From positions 261,492 to 325,491 of the forward strand of contig JAZNEJ010000008.1 in assembly GCA_045588575.1 (NCBI GenBank): 64,000 nt of DNA. The letters are read 5' to 3'. The stretch is from Eubacteriales bacterium (GTDB lineage Bacteria; Bacillota; Clostridia; Oscillospirales; RGIG5299). Positions 27,141 through 36,226 of this stretch are shown in pieces; the stretch's first letter is position 1; the number at the start of each line of letters is the position of its first letter. The notes beneath the pieces are model-generated. The model ran no database searches and was not told the DNA's origin. It was given only the letters and a program-made list of their open reading frames with translations. Both the position numbers and the translations under genes were made by a program.

Positions 27141-27950
27141 GTGAGGTTAGAGCTTAAAGAGAGCTTTAATTTAATAATTTCGGCAGATTGCGGTCAGGCA
27201 TTCCGTTTCAGAACCGATGAAAAGGGAAACACGGTGGGCGTTGCGGGCAATAAAGCGTTTAAAGGACGTGTTGAAAACGGCTTTTTAATAACCGAAACAC
27301 CCGAAACCGACGATGAGTTTTGGAAAAACTATTTCGACCTTAATTCAAGCTATCTGAAAATGAACGAAAGCATTTTAAAAAGAGGCGACGAAACGGTTAA
27401 AAAAGCCATAACCTTGGCTGAGGGATTGCATATTTTTAACCAAGAGCCGTTTGAAACGCTTATTTCGTTTATAATTTCGCAAAACAACAATATTCCGAGA
27501 ATAAGAGGAATTATAGAACGGCTTTGCGAGATTTACGGCGAAGAAATAGGAAAAGGACTCCACTCATTTCCCACTCCCGAAGCATTAAAAGGCATAACCG
27601 CCGAGGAGCTTTCTCCGCTTAAAGCAGGTTTTAGGGCAAAATATATTGCCGATGCGGTGAGATGCGTAAACGAAGGAAAAATAAATTTAGAAGGTCTTAA
27701 AACCAAAAGCTTCGAGGAAGCAAAAGAGGAGCTTAAAACGGTTAAAGGCATTGGCGATAAGGTTGCTTCTTGCGTTTTGCTTTTCGGATTTCACAAGCTT
27801 GAGGCGTTCCCCGTTGACGTTTGGATTAAAAGGACTATGGAAAGTCTTTACGGCGACTTGGATTACAGCCGTTTCGGTGAATATCCGGGGCTTGCTCAGC
27901 AATATTTGTTTTATTATTCAAGATATTTAAAGTCAATTAAGGAAAATTAA
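27141..27950 (+). CDS. HhH-GPD DNA glycosylase, 8-oxoguanine glycosylase (Ogg)-like
   Basis: 269 aa. HhH-GPD region LKTVKGIGDKVASCVLLFGF..AFPVDVWIKR with the catalytic Lys/Asp context typical of clostridial-type Ogg. Confidence 0.8.
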   Translation: MRLELKESFNLIISADCGQAFRFRTDEKGNTVGVAGNKAFKGRVENGFLITETPETDDEFWKNYFDLNSSYLKMNESILKRGDETVKKAITLAEGLHIFNQEPFETLISFIISQNNNIPRIRGIIERLCEIYGEEIGKGLHSFPTPEALKGITAEELSPLKAGFRAKYIADAVRCVNEGKINLEGLKTKSFEEAKEELKTVKGIGDKVASCVLLFGFHKLEAFPVDVWIKRTMESLYGDLDYSRFGEYPGLAQQYLFYYSRYLKSIKEN

Positions 27951-28015
27951 AATAAAAGAAATAAAAAAGTAAAGGGCGGGGAATATATTTAATAGTCTTC
28001 GCTTAAAGGATAAAG

Positions 28016-29017
28016 GTGAAAAAAATGGCAGTTGTAAAAAAGGCAGTTTATTGGGTTATTTTAGTTCCGTTTTTGGCCACGGCAATTCTTTTGGGTGCTT
28101 GGGCGCTTGAAAGATTTATAATTCCGCAGGAGGAGGACCCCGTTGGCGGTGTAACAAGCAGCGACGTTATTCCGGTCATACCGCCCGAAAAAGAACCCGT
28201 TCCAACCGTTTTAGAGGAAAATTCCGAAGAGGGAAGATGGTTTTATCAAAGCGAGGAATGCACGATAACCATAACCAGAAGCCGCCGAGAATTTATTGGT
28301 AAAAGCTCGGGCAAAAAGGTTTATTCAAACGTTTATATAGCTGACATCACCATTAACGAAGGTTGGGAATCCTGCCTTAAACGCCTTAAAACCGAAGGCT
28401 TCGGTACCGGCACGAAATACCGCGACGACGCTCTTGAAATTGCTCAAAAGGGCAATGCAATTTTGGCAATGACGGGCGACCAATACGGCTTTGTTAAAAC
28501 CGGCATGGAAATTATAGATTCAACCGTTTACCGCCACCAAGAGAGAAGCCCTTATTTCGTTTCGGTAACGCGTGATAACGTTATGAGCATTTTAAAGGCA
28601 TCTGAATACGCAAGTAAGGAAAAAGCTTTGTCGCTCGTTGAAAACGGCACTAAATTCACGCTCGATTTCGGTCCCGCAGTTTTAATCGACGGCGTTTTGG
28701 TTACCGATTTTTCGGGTTACAGCAATATCGGCAACTGGAATCCCCGCTCGGGCATCGGCTTTGCCGCTCAAAACCATTTCTATTTCGTTGTAATAGACGG
28801 AAGCAGAAGCGGCGCAGAGGTTGTGGGCGGCGAAAGCGGCGGCGCAGGTCTTGCGCATTTGGGCGAGATTTTCAAGGAGCTCGGTTGCACCCAAGGCTTT
28901 AATTTAGACGGCGGCGCAAGCGTTACCATGATTTTTAACGGCAAAAAAATAAACAATATTTACGGAAGAACCGACCTTTCAGACCTTGTTGCAATAGTTG
29001 AAATTGACAACAAATAA
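28016..29017 (+). CDS. Membrane-anchored phosphodiester glycosidase family protein (DUF2233-like)
   Basis: N-terminal TM helix. The C-terminal motifs PRSGIGF, FVVIDG and FNLDGGASVTM are typical of this family. Confidence 0.75.
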   Translation: MKKMAVVKKAVYWVILVPFLATAILLGAWALERFIIPQEEDPVGGVTSSDVIPVIPPEKEPVPTVLEENSEEGRWFYQSEECTITITRSRREFIGKSSGKKVYSNVYIADITINEGWESCLKRLKTEGFGTGTKYRDDALEIAQKGNAILAMTGDQYGFVKTGMEIIDSTVYRHQERSPYFVSVTRDNVMSILKASEYASKEKALSLVENGTKFTLDFGPAVLIDGVLVTDFSGYSNIGNWNPRSGIGFAAQNHFYFVVIDGSRSGAEVVGGESGGAGLAHLGEIFKELGCTQGFNLDGGASVTMIFNGKKINNIYGRTDLSDLVAIVEIDNK

Positions 29018-29028
29018 GGGAGATTTTT

Positions 29029-30081
29029 ATGATAGTTTTAATACCGGCATATAAGCCCGACGAAAAATTTCTGAAATTTTTAGATGAGTTAAATTCCAAC
29101 ACCGATTTTAAAATAATCTCGGTGGATGACGGCGGCGGCCCAAAATACGATGAAATTTTCAAAAAAGCCGAAGAAAAGGGCGTTACGCTCATTCGCTACG
29201 AGAAAAATCGCGGCAAGGGCGGCGCCTTAAAAGAAGGCTTTAAATATATAATGGAAAACGAACCCATGGAATCGGTTATAACCGCCGATTGCGACGGTCA
29301 GCATACCGTTGCCGATATTTTGTCGGTTGCCGAAAAGCTTAAAGACAAGAAAAACACTCTCGTTTTGGGTTGCAGAGACATTAAAAAAATGCCGCTTCGT
29401 TCAAAGGCGGGCAATACCTTAACGAAATTTTTCTTTTTTCTTCTTTCGGGCAAAATGCTAACCGAAACCCAAACGGGCGTAAGAGGCATTACCCCCGACC
29501 TTTTCGCAGCATTTTCCGAAATTAAGGGCGATAGATTCGAATATGAAATAAATATGCTTTTTTACGCCGTTGATAACGACGTTTTAATTGATGAAGCGCC
29601 CATTTCCACTACTTATATCGACGATAACAAATCCACTCATTTTAACGCTTTAAGAGACGGATATAAAATATATTCACTTATGTTCGGCAAGAAAATTGCC
29701 GAAATAGTCAGCTTTTTCTTAAGCGCCTTTTTGGCTTATTTCCTTTTGAACTTTTACCCGCCCGAGATGGTTGGATTTTCTCAAATTATACTCGTTGTAT
29801 TATCGGCATCTGCCCTTCGCGTCGTTATAATGAGTATAATCAAGATGGTTCAAAACGGCGGAAAAATTATAAAACCCGATATTTTTGAGGTGCTTTTCGG
29901 CATAGTAATTTTCGGCATTTTCATAGCTCTTTTCCACCTCTTTTTCACGGTTTTGGCATTCACCGCAGCTCAAACCGTTACGGCGGTTTATGCAATAATG
30001 TGGATTGTAAGACTCGTTTTAAGAGGAGTTAAAATGGCAATAAGAAAAAGAATAAACCAAAAATCCGCTTATAAAAAATAA
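29029..30081 (+). CDS. Family 2 glycosyltransferase with a C-terminal multi-TM domain
   Basis: LIPAYKPDE..VDDGGG..NRGKGGALK..DCDGQH (GT2 DxD context), then about 4 TM helices. Confidence 0.85.
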   Translation: MIVLIPAYKPDEKFLKFLDELNSNTDFKIISVDDGGGPKYDEIFKKAEEKGVTLIRYEKNRGKGGALKEGFKYIMENEPMESVITADCDGQHTVADILSVAEKLKDKKNTLVLGCRDIKKMPLRSKAGNTLTKFFFFLLSGKMLTETQTGVRGITPDLFAAFSEIKGDRFEYEINMLFYAVDNDVLIDEAPISTTYIDDNKSTHFNALRDGYKIYSLMFGKKIAEIVSFFLSAFLAYFLLNFYPPEMVGFSQIILVVLSASALRVVIMSIIKMVQNGGKIIKPDIFEVLFGIVIFGIFIALFHLFFTVLAFTAAQTVTAVYAIMWIVRLVLRGVKMAIRKRINQKSAYKK

Positions 30082-30096
30082 GGAGGAAACTTCTTT

Positions 30097-30846
30097 ATGA
30101 AGCAATATCACGTTGATTTTTCGGCAGGCGAAATAGGCAAATACGTTATTTTAACGGGCGACCCCGATAGAGTTGAAAAAATTGCATTAAAGCTCGAAAA
30201 TGCGGAAAAAGTAGCCGCAAAACGTGAGTTTGTGAGCTTTAACGGTTATATTTCGGGTGAAAAGGTAACGGTTTTGTCAACGGGAATAGGCGGACCTTCT
30301 GCGGCAATTGCAGTTGAAGAAGCAATAAAATGCGGGGCTCATACCTTTATAAGAGTGGGAACGGCGGGCGGAATGAAGCTCGACGTTAAGGGCGGCGACG
30401 TGGTTATAGCAATGTCGGCAGTTCGCCAAGAGGGAACCTCCGACCATTATGCTCCCAAGGAATATCCCGCCACGGCGGACTACGGCGTTGTAAGTGCTTT
30501 GGTTGAGGCCGCCAAAGAAAAAAACTACGAGTATCACGTTGGAGTAATTCAAAGCAAAGATAGCTTTTACGGTCAGCACGAGCCCGAAAAAAGTCCCGTT
30601 TGCTACGAGCTTTTAAATAAGTGGGATGCATATATGGAGCTTGGCGTTTTGGCGTCTGAAATGGAGTGCGCTTCAATTTTCACCGTTGCGGCGTCAAAGG
30701 GTGTTCGAGCGGGTGCGGTTTTGAGCATAATGTGGAATAAAGACCGCCGCAAGCTTGATATGGAAGACCGAGATAATTTTGAAACCGACGATGCAATCGA
30801 CTGTGCAATAAAGGCAATGGAGATTTTAATCGACGAAGATAAATAA
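30097..30846 (+). CDS. Nucleoside phosphorylase, PNP/UDP family 1 (uridine phosphorylase-like)
   Basis: 249 aa. Motifs TGIGGPSAAIAVEE, RVGTAGG and SEMECASIF. Confidence 0.85.
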   Translation: MKQYHVDFSAGEIGKYVILTGDPDRVEKIALKLENAEKVAAKREFVSFNGYISGEKVTVLSTGIGGPSAAIAVEEAIKCGAHTFIRVGTAGGMKLDVKGGDVVIAMSAVRQEGTSDHYAPKEYPATADYGVVSALVEAAKEKNYEYHVGVIQSKDSFYGQHEPEKSPVCYELLNKWDAYMELGVLASEMECASIFTVAASKGVRAGAVLSIMWNKDRRKLDMEDRDNFETDDAIDCAIKAMEILIDEDK

Positions 30847-30855
30847 AACAAGTTA

Positions 30856-30890
30856 AGACACTTCGCAAAATTGCGAAGTGTCTTTTTTTA
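30856..30890 (+). terminator. Rho-independent terminator
   Basis: AGACACTTCGCAA/TTGCGAAGTGTCT is a near-perfect palindrome, followed by TTTTTTT. Confidence 0.85.
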
Positions 30891-30947
30891 TCTTTTCGGC
30901 ATAGTATAAAAAGACGGACAACGTCAATCTGAAAAAGGAGAAGCAAA

Positions 30948-31298
30948 ATGGATTACAAATCGTTTTTCGACAGTGATGACTATATGATGGCAAAGCCCGC
31001 AATTAAGCAAGATTGCGACGTAAGACCGGCAATGCCGAGCGAAATGCACGGATGCGGCTGTAACTCGGCAAGAAGCTTTAACGAGCCCACCTGTGAGCCG
31101 TGCGGCGAGCAAAACTCCCCTGCAACGAACGTTAAGCTAACGCTCGATATGCCGTTTGACAAAGAGGGACTTCCTCTTGCAATGTCTTACGTTCCCATGC
31201 AGGCTTGGAGAGAAATTTACGAAACCGACAAAGCTCTTTCGAGAGCCACAATTTTCAAGGAGCTCGATAAGCCGTTCTTTAAAGGAGGAGCAAGATAA
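30948..31298 (+). CDS. cotJA: Spore coat-associated protein CotJA
   Basis: 116 aa. The C-terminal LAMSYVPMQAWREIYETDKALSRATIFKELDKPF is the CotJA signature. It is followed by cotJB and cotJC. Confidence 0.85.
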   Translation: MDYKSFFDSDDYMMAKPAIKQDCDVRPAMPSEMHGCGCNSARSFNEPTCEPCGEQNSPATNVKLTLDMPFDKEGLPLAMSYVPMQAWREIYETDKALSRATIFKELDKPFFKGGAR

Positions 31299-31540
31299 TG
31301 TGTGAAAAAACACTTCTCACGAGAAAAATAATGGCGTGCGAGCTCGGTGTGCAGGACGCCCGCCTTTTCTTAGACACACATCCCAAATGCAAAGACGCCC
31401 TTTCTTACTATAACGCCGCAGTTGAGGCAAGAAACCGTTTGGTTAAAGAATATGAAAGCCGCTACGGAGTTATAACCTATTATTCAACGAGTGAAAACGG
31501 CTATTCCCGTCTTAACACTCCGTGGCCTTGGCAAGAATAA
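31298..31540 (+). CDS. cotJB: Spore coat protein CotJB
   Basis: 80 aa. Sequence FLDTHPKCKDALSYYN..YESRYG is typical of CotJB. Its start overlaps the cotJA stop. Confidence 0.85.
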   Translation: MCEKTLLTRKIMACELGVQDARLFLDTHPKCKDALSYYNAAVEARNRLVKEYESRYGVITYYSTSENGYSRLNTPWPWQE

Positions 31541-31616
31541 TTATACAACGAGTATAATTTTAAGAGCAAAAAACTATATTTTAATAAAAAACAGAGAATC
31601 GGAGGAACCGTAACTA

Positions 31617-32213
31617 ATGTTTTGTTATGAGAAACGTTTACAATATCCCGTGAACATAAAAACACCGAACGCAGCCGCCGCAAAAATTATAATAACGGCA
31701 TTCGGCGGTCCCGACGGAGAATTGGGCGCATCAATGCGATATCTTTCGCAGCGTTTTTCCGCCGGCATAAGCGAGGTAATCGGCGCAATGACCGATATTG
31801 GCACCGAGGAGCTCGGCCATATTGAAATGGTAAGCACGATAGTATATCAGTTAACGAGAGGCCTTAGCGCCGAAGAAATCAAGAGAAGCGGCTTCGATGC
31901 CTATTTCGTTGACCACACCACAGGAATTTATCCCGTTGCGGCATCGGGCGAGCCGTTTACGGCAGCCACCTTCCAATCAACCGGCGACGTAATTGCCGAC
32001 TTAAACGAAGATATGGCGGCAGAGCAAAAGGCAAGAAAAACCTACGACAACCTTTTAAGACTTATCGACGACCCCGACGTAAAAGACCCGCTTCGTTATT
32101 TAAGAGAGCGTGAGGTTGTTCACTTCCAGCGCTTCGGTGAGGCGTTGAGAATAACCCAAGAAAGATTAGATTCCAAAAACTTCTACGCCTTTAACCCGAG
32201 CTTTGATAAATAA
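31617..32213 (+). CDS. cotJC: Spore coat protein CotJC (manganese catalase family)
   Basis: 198 aa. Motifs GELGASMRYLSQRF, EELGHIEMV and EQKARKTYD are dimetal ferritin-like catalase motifs. Confidence 0.9.
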   Translation: MFCYEKRLQYPVNIKTPNAAAAKIIITAFGGPDGELGASMRYLSQRFSAGISEVIGAMTDIGTEELGHIEMVSTIVYQLTRGLSAEEIKRSGFDAYFVDHTTGIYPVAASGEPFTAATFQSTGDVIADLNEDMAAEQKARKTYDNLLRLIDDPDVKDPLRYLREREVVHFQRFGEALRITQERLDSKNFYAFNPSFDK

Positions 32214-32250
32214 CAAAAAAGAGCAGATGATTTTCATCTGCTCTTTAATT
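32214..32250. terminator. Bidirectional terminator between convergent genes
   Basis: An A-run, then GAGCAGATGA-TTT-TCATCTGCTC, then a T-rich run. Confidence 0.85.
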
Positions 32251-34041
32251 TTAAACTATTGCTTCAAAATCGGAAGCGCCGTGCTTACATAACGGACAAA
32301 CGTAATCTTCGGGAAGATTATCGCCCTCGTAAACGAAGCCGCAAATTTTGCAAACGAAGCCTTTTTTGCCCTCGGTTTCGGGTTTGGGCTTAACGTTATC
32401 CTGATAATAGGAGTAGGTCATCGTGTTGCGGTCGGAAATAACTCTTGCTTCGGTTACCGAACAGATGAACATTCCGTGAGTATCAAGGTCTAAATACTGC
32501 TCCACCTTTAAAGACATAAAGGAATTTATATGGCGGGGAAGGAAAACAAGACCGTTATCGGAGCGAAGCGGCTCGCACTCGGCAAATTTATCAACGCTTC
32601 TTCCGCTTTGGAATCCGAATTTTTCAAAAACCGAGAAGGGAGCATCCTCCGTAAGACAGTTAACGTTCATTATGCCGGTTTGTTTTATAACGTGGTGAGA
32701 ATAGTTTTGCTTGTTTATTGTAACGGCAATGCGGTTGGGAGTGCTCGTTACCTGTGAAACGGTGTTAACGATAAGACCGTTATCCTTTTTGCCGTCGTTA
32801 GAGGTAACAACGTAAAGGCCGTAGCCTATTTTGAAAATTGCGGTTAAGTCGTTTTTGTTTGCGGTTTCACTGCGGCGCGCAAGATATTCCTTGCTTAACT
32901 CCGAAGAAAGACTGTTTAACTGTTCCTTGCTTTCTTCGTTTAAAGCGGAAATGATTTTAACGGTTGGCTCAAGGTAGGTTAAGCCAATACTTTTTTCAAG
33001 CATTCCTTTCATAACCTTTACGGCCTGAGGCGCCCAGCTTCCGTTTTCAATGAAGGCGACCGTTCTGTTTTTAAAGCCGCGTTCGGTTAAATACTGAATA
33101 AAATCACGCATATAGGGGAAGATTTCGGCATTATAGGTTGTGGTTGCCAAAACGATTTTGCTGAAACGGAAAGCGTCTGACACCGCTTTTGACATATCGC
33201 AACGGGCGAGGTCGTAAACGGTAACGTTGGGACATCCGTTTGCGCGAAGCTTATCGGCAAGACGTAAAACTGCTTTTTTGGTATTTCCGTAAACGGAGGT
33301 GTAGGCAATAACTATGCCGTCCTCCTCGGGCTGATAAGACGACCAAATATTATATAAATTCAAATAATAACCGAGATTTTCTTTTAAAACGGGGCCGTGA
33401 AGCGGACAAATCATTGAAATATCGAGCGCAGCGGCTTTTTTCAAAAGAGCCTGAACCTGCGCGCCGTATTTTCCCACAATTCCAATGTAATAGCGTCTTG
33501 CTTCGTCTGCCCAAGGCTCTTCCTTATCAAGCGCGCCGAATTTTCCGAAGCCGTCTGCCGAGAAAAGAATTTTTTCGGTTGAGTCGTAGGTTACCGTAAC
33601 CTCGGGCCAATGAACCATGGGAGCGCTTACGAAGGTGAGATTGTGATAACCGAGCGAAAGGGTATCGTTTTCTTTAATTACAATTCGGCGTTTTTCAAAA
33701 TCGGTGCCGAAGAAATTTTTCATCATATTAAACGCCTTTGCCGAGGAAACTATCGTGGCATCGGGATACGCCTTCGCAAAGGTGTGAATGTTCGCGGCGT
33801 GGTCGGGCTCCATGTGCGAAATTATGAGATAATCGGGCTTTCTCTCGCCGAGCGTTACCTGAATGTTATCGAGCCATTCGTGAGTAAAGGCGGCATCTAC
33901 CGTGTCCATAATGGCAATTTTTTCGTCTATAATCGCATAGGAATTATAAGAAATGCCGTTGGGAACGTTGTAATGGCCTTCAAAAAGGTCTATTTTATGG
34001 TCGTTTACACCAATATATTTAACTGTTTCGGTTATAAACAT
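32251..34041 (-). CDS. Multidomain flavodiiron protein: MBL-like diiron, flavodoxin, flavin-reductase-like and rubredoxin domains
   Basis: 596 aa. Diiron motif HMEPDHA, flavodoxin region YTSVYGNTKK, an FMN-reductase-like segment, and the C-terminal rubredoxin CKICGFVYEG..CPLCKHG. Confidence 0.88.
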   Translation of the reverse strand: MFITETVKYIGVNDHKIDLFEGHYNVPNGISYNSYAIIDEKIAIMDTVDAAFTHEWLDNIQVTLGERKPDYLIISHMEPDHAANIHTFAKAYPDATIVSSAKAFNMMKNFFGTDFEKRRIVIKENDTLSLGYHNLTFVSAPMVHWPEVTVTYDSTEKILFSADGFGKFGALDKEEPWADEARRYYIGIVGKYGAQVQALLKKAAALDISMICPLHGPVLKENLGYYLNLYNIWSSYQPEEDGIVIAYTSVYGNTKKAVLRLADKLRANGCPNVTVYDLARCDMSKAVSDAFRFSKIVLATTTYNAEIFPYMRDFIQYLTERGFKNRTVAFIENGSWAPQAVKVMKGMLEKSIGLTYLEPTVKIISALNEESKEQLNSLSSELSKEYLARRSETANKNDLTAIFKIGYGLYVVTSNDGKKDNGLIVNTVSQVTSTPNRIAVTINKQNYSHHVIKQTGIMNVNCLTEDAPFSVFEKFGFQSGRSVDKFAECEPLRSDNGLVFLPRHINSFMSLKVEQYLDLDTHGMFICSVTEARVISDRNTMTYSYYQDNVKPKPETEGKKGFVCKICGFVYEGDNLPEDYVCPLCKHGASDFEAIV

Positions 34042-34052
34042 AAAAAATCTCC

Positions 34053-34499
34053 TTATTTGCTTTTTAAATATTCGTCTAAAATATCGGCGGCGCTTTCAAC
34101 AAGCTCGGCGCACGGCCTTTTTTTGTAATATTCCGCCGTTCTTGCCTCGGGTGCTGCTCCCTCGGACGTTTTAACTCCCGAAAGAAGCTCGCGGCAAACA
34201 ATCGAACCGTTTTCTTCTTTGAATTTATTCAAAAGAGCCTGCGTTTTTTTATAAAGCTCCGCTTTTTCGGCGTTTGCGGTGGGGGAGGAATAACCGTCGG
34301 TTGAGCTTAAAACGTAAACGATGCCGCTAACGGCTCCGCAAACCTCGCGCATTCTGCCCATTCCGCCGCCAAAGGCGGAAACTGCTTTGGAAATAACCTC
34401 CTCGGGAAGACCAAGCTCCTCCGAAAAGGCAAGACAAACCGCCTGCGAGCAGTTATAGCCCTCTTTGAAATATTCTTTTGCTTTTTCGCCTCTTGTCAT
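34053..34499 (-). CDS. C_GCAxxG_C_C family protein
   Basis: Family motifs YNCSQAV, GGGMG, VCGAVSG and CRELL. Confidence 0.8.
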   Translation of the reverse strand: MTRGEKAKEYFKEGYNCSQAVCLAFSEELGLPEEVISKAVSAFGGGMGRMREVCGAVSGIVYVLSSTDGYSSPTANAEKAELYKKTQALLNKFKEENGSIVCRELLSGVKTSEGAAPEARTAEYYKKRPCAELVESAADILDEYLKSK

Positions 34500-35065
34500 T
34501 TTGCTTCTTCCTCTTTTTCGTTTTCGGCAAGAAAATCTATAAGCTTTAAATAAAGCTTTTCGGGATTTTTCTTAAAGCTTTTGCAAAGAGCCTCCGCCTG
34601 ACGTAAGCTCGGCATATAGAAATTCATTTCGAAAATCTTCATGGTTTCGTCGTTTAATTCAAGTCTTACCATGTAACCCATGGGAATTTCTTTAATTTCG
34701 GTTACAACCGATTCTTTTCTCAAAATTGCGGCAAGAGTTTGCGCGGCAGAAAGGTCTGCCTTATCTCTTATGGATTTGGGAATGAAGGTTTCAAGCTCGG
34801 AAAGAGCCGAAAAGCCTTTAACGGTGGGACTGTAATAAAAATCGCCGTCTATTTCATTTTTGTCCATAAGACCGTCTTTAACGAGCGATGAGAGGCAGGA
34901 AGCCATATCAAAATAGTTACAAAGCTCCTCATATCTCACCGTATCGGTTATTTCGGAAAGAGTCATGGGACGCTTAACGGTTATGAAAATGTAAAGGAGC
35001 AAAAGCTTTATTTGTTCAGTGTCGTTAAGGGCACCCGCGCTTTCTTCGAAAAAAATATTTTTCAT
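34496..35065 (-). CDS. Hypothetical cytoplasmic protein (possibly DUF4364-like)
   Basis: 189-aa ORF whose stop overlaps the downstream gene start. The family call is from memory only. Confidence 0.5.
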   Translation of the reverse strand: MKNIFFEESAGALNDTEQIKLLLLYIFITVKRPMTLSEITDTVRYEELCNYFDMASCLSSLVKDGLMDKNEIDGDFYYSPTVKGFSALSELETFIPKSIRDKADLSAAQTLAAILRKESVVTEIKEIPMGYMVRLELNDETMKIFEMNFYMPSLRQAEALCKSFKKNPEKLYLKLIDFLAENEKEEEAK

Positions 35066-35185
35066 AAAATGCCTCCGAAATATTGAAATTCAACAAGAAA
35101 TTTGATATAATTATCAAATAAGAATTTACATAATAATAATACATTATTTTCACAAAGTTGTAAATAGCAAAAAGAGGAAAATTTT

Positions 35186-35806
35186 ATGGGAACAAGAGAA
35201 CAAACATTAAAGCTTAAAAAATTCGTTACGGCGGCGGTTCTTTTCGGAGTTATGATTGCCATGTGGCTTATGCCTTTTATCGGATATATAACCTTGCCGT
35301 TTACAACAATTTCAATAACGCTAATGCCTATTCCGGTTATTATAGGAGCCATTGTTTTGGGCCCCTCATACGGCGCTTTTTTGGGCGGAGTTTTCGGTGT
35401 AACAAGCTTTTTAACTTGCTTTGGACTCCCTGCGCCCGACCCGCTCGGAGTAGTTCTTTTAAACACTAATCCTATCTATACGGCAATCCTTTGCATAGTG
35501 CCCAGATTGCTTATGGGCTTGCTCGTAGGCCTCGTTTTCAAGCTTTTTACAAAGTTCAGAATTACGAGAAATTGGTTCTCCTATTTCACCGCTTCGCTCG
35601 CAGGTCCCGTGCTTAATACGGTGCTTTTCGTAACCGCTTTAATAGCGCTTTTCTTCAACACCGGAGCGCTTAGCTCGCTCGGCGAAAGCGTGCCTGCAAT
35701 AATAGCCGTTTTGGTAACAACCAACGCCGCAATCGAGGCAATTGTTTGCACTGCTTTGGCATTTATAATATCCAAAGTGGTTGCTAAATTCGCTATTAAA
35801 ATGTAA
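35186..35806 (+). CDS. ECF-transporter S-component-like membrane protein
   Basis: 206 aa with about 6 TM helices. The N-terminal KKFVTAAVLFGVMIA...LPFTTISITLMPIPVIIGAIVLGP resembles ECF substrate-capture subunits. No riboswitch-like leader is seen. Confidence 0.6.
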   Translation: MGTREQTLKLKKFVTAAVLFGVMIAMWLMPFIGYITLPFTTISITLMPIPVIIGAIVLGPSYGAFLGGVFGVTSFLTCFGLPAPDPLGVVLLNTNPIYTAILCIVPRLLMGLLVGLVFKLFTKFRITRNWFSYFTASLAGPVLNTVLFVTALIALFFNTGALSSLGESVPAIIAVLVTTNAAIEAIVCTALAFIISKVVAKFAIKM

Positions 35807-35840
35807 ATTTTTTCGGGTAAATTAATCAAAAAAATCAAGA

Positions 35841-35874
35841 AAAAAAGAGGCTTCCGAGGGAGGCCTCTTTTTTG
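35841..35874 (+). terminator. Rho-independent terminator
   Basis: AGAGGCTTCC-GAG-GGAGGCCTCT followed by TTTTT. Confidence 0.85.
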
Positions 35875-36140
35875 CGCAAAAAAACACTCTTAAAATATGT
35901 TTAACAACGTTTAACACCTTTAAAAACAGCAAAAAGATGCCAAAAAGGAAAATAAGGGAAAAAATAGAAATGCTAAAATTGTTTGAAATATCGAAATTTT
36001 TGTTGATAATGCCGAAAGCAAAAACTTAAAATAGGTTAAAAGTTAATTAAAAAAATATTTAAAAAGTTAAACTTTTAACTTTAAAATGCCAAAAAAAGCC
36101 AAAAACCGCCAAAAAATAAAAAAACGGAAAGGTAAAACCG

Positions 36141-36168
36141 TTGACAAATCCGATATTTATATTATAAT
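36141..36168 (+). promoter_or_regulatory. Consensus sigma-A promoter of the ABC locus, preceded by a ~250-bp A-tract-rich region
   Basis: TTGACA (36141-36146), a 16-nt spacer, then TATAAT (36163-36168). Confidence 0.65.
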
Positions 36169-36175
36169 TATAGTA

Positions 36176-36194
36176 CTGAAATTCGCAATTTCAG
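36176..36194 (+). promoter_or_regulatory. Perfect palindrome CTGAAATT-CGC-AATTTCAG at or just after the predicted transcription start site (TSS); candidate operator
   Basis: 8-bp perfect arms, 8 nt downstream of the -10 box. Confidence 0.4.
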
Positions 36195-36226
36195 AGCTAT
36201 ACTATTGTCAGAAAGGATTGGAGCAA

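Noticed and set aside
30900-30908. CATAGTATA upstream of cotJA as a sporulation-sigma (sigma-E or sigma-K type) -10 element
   Set aside because: It is plausible, given the CATA...TA consensus and the sporulation role of cotJ. However, I cannot identify a convincing -35 element, and a 9-nt match is too weak to report as a feature.
35066-35185. Possible riboswitch upstream of the ECF S-component gene
   Set aside because: The region is about 75% A+T with no conserved helices or recognisable vitamin-riboswitch cores (FMN, TPP, cobalamin, THF).
35062-35466. 134-aa minus-strand ORF spanning the 35066-35185 intergenic region and the 5' part of the ECF S-component gene
   Set aside because: It is antisense to a well-formed membrane-protein gene and crosses an AT-rich promoter region. 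It has no independent support.
36086-36226. Upstream extension of the SBP ORF (MPKKAKNRQKIKKRKGK...)
   Set aside because: It is a translation of the A-rich promoter region and contains the -35 and -10 boxes. The ATG at 36227, which follows GAAAGGATTGGAG, gives a proper signal peptide.
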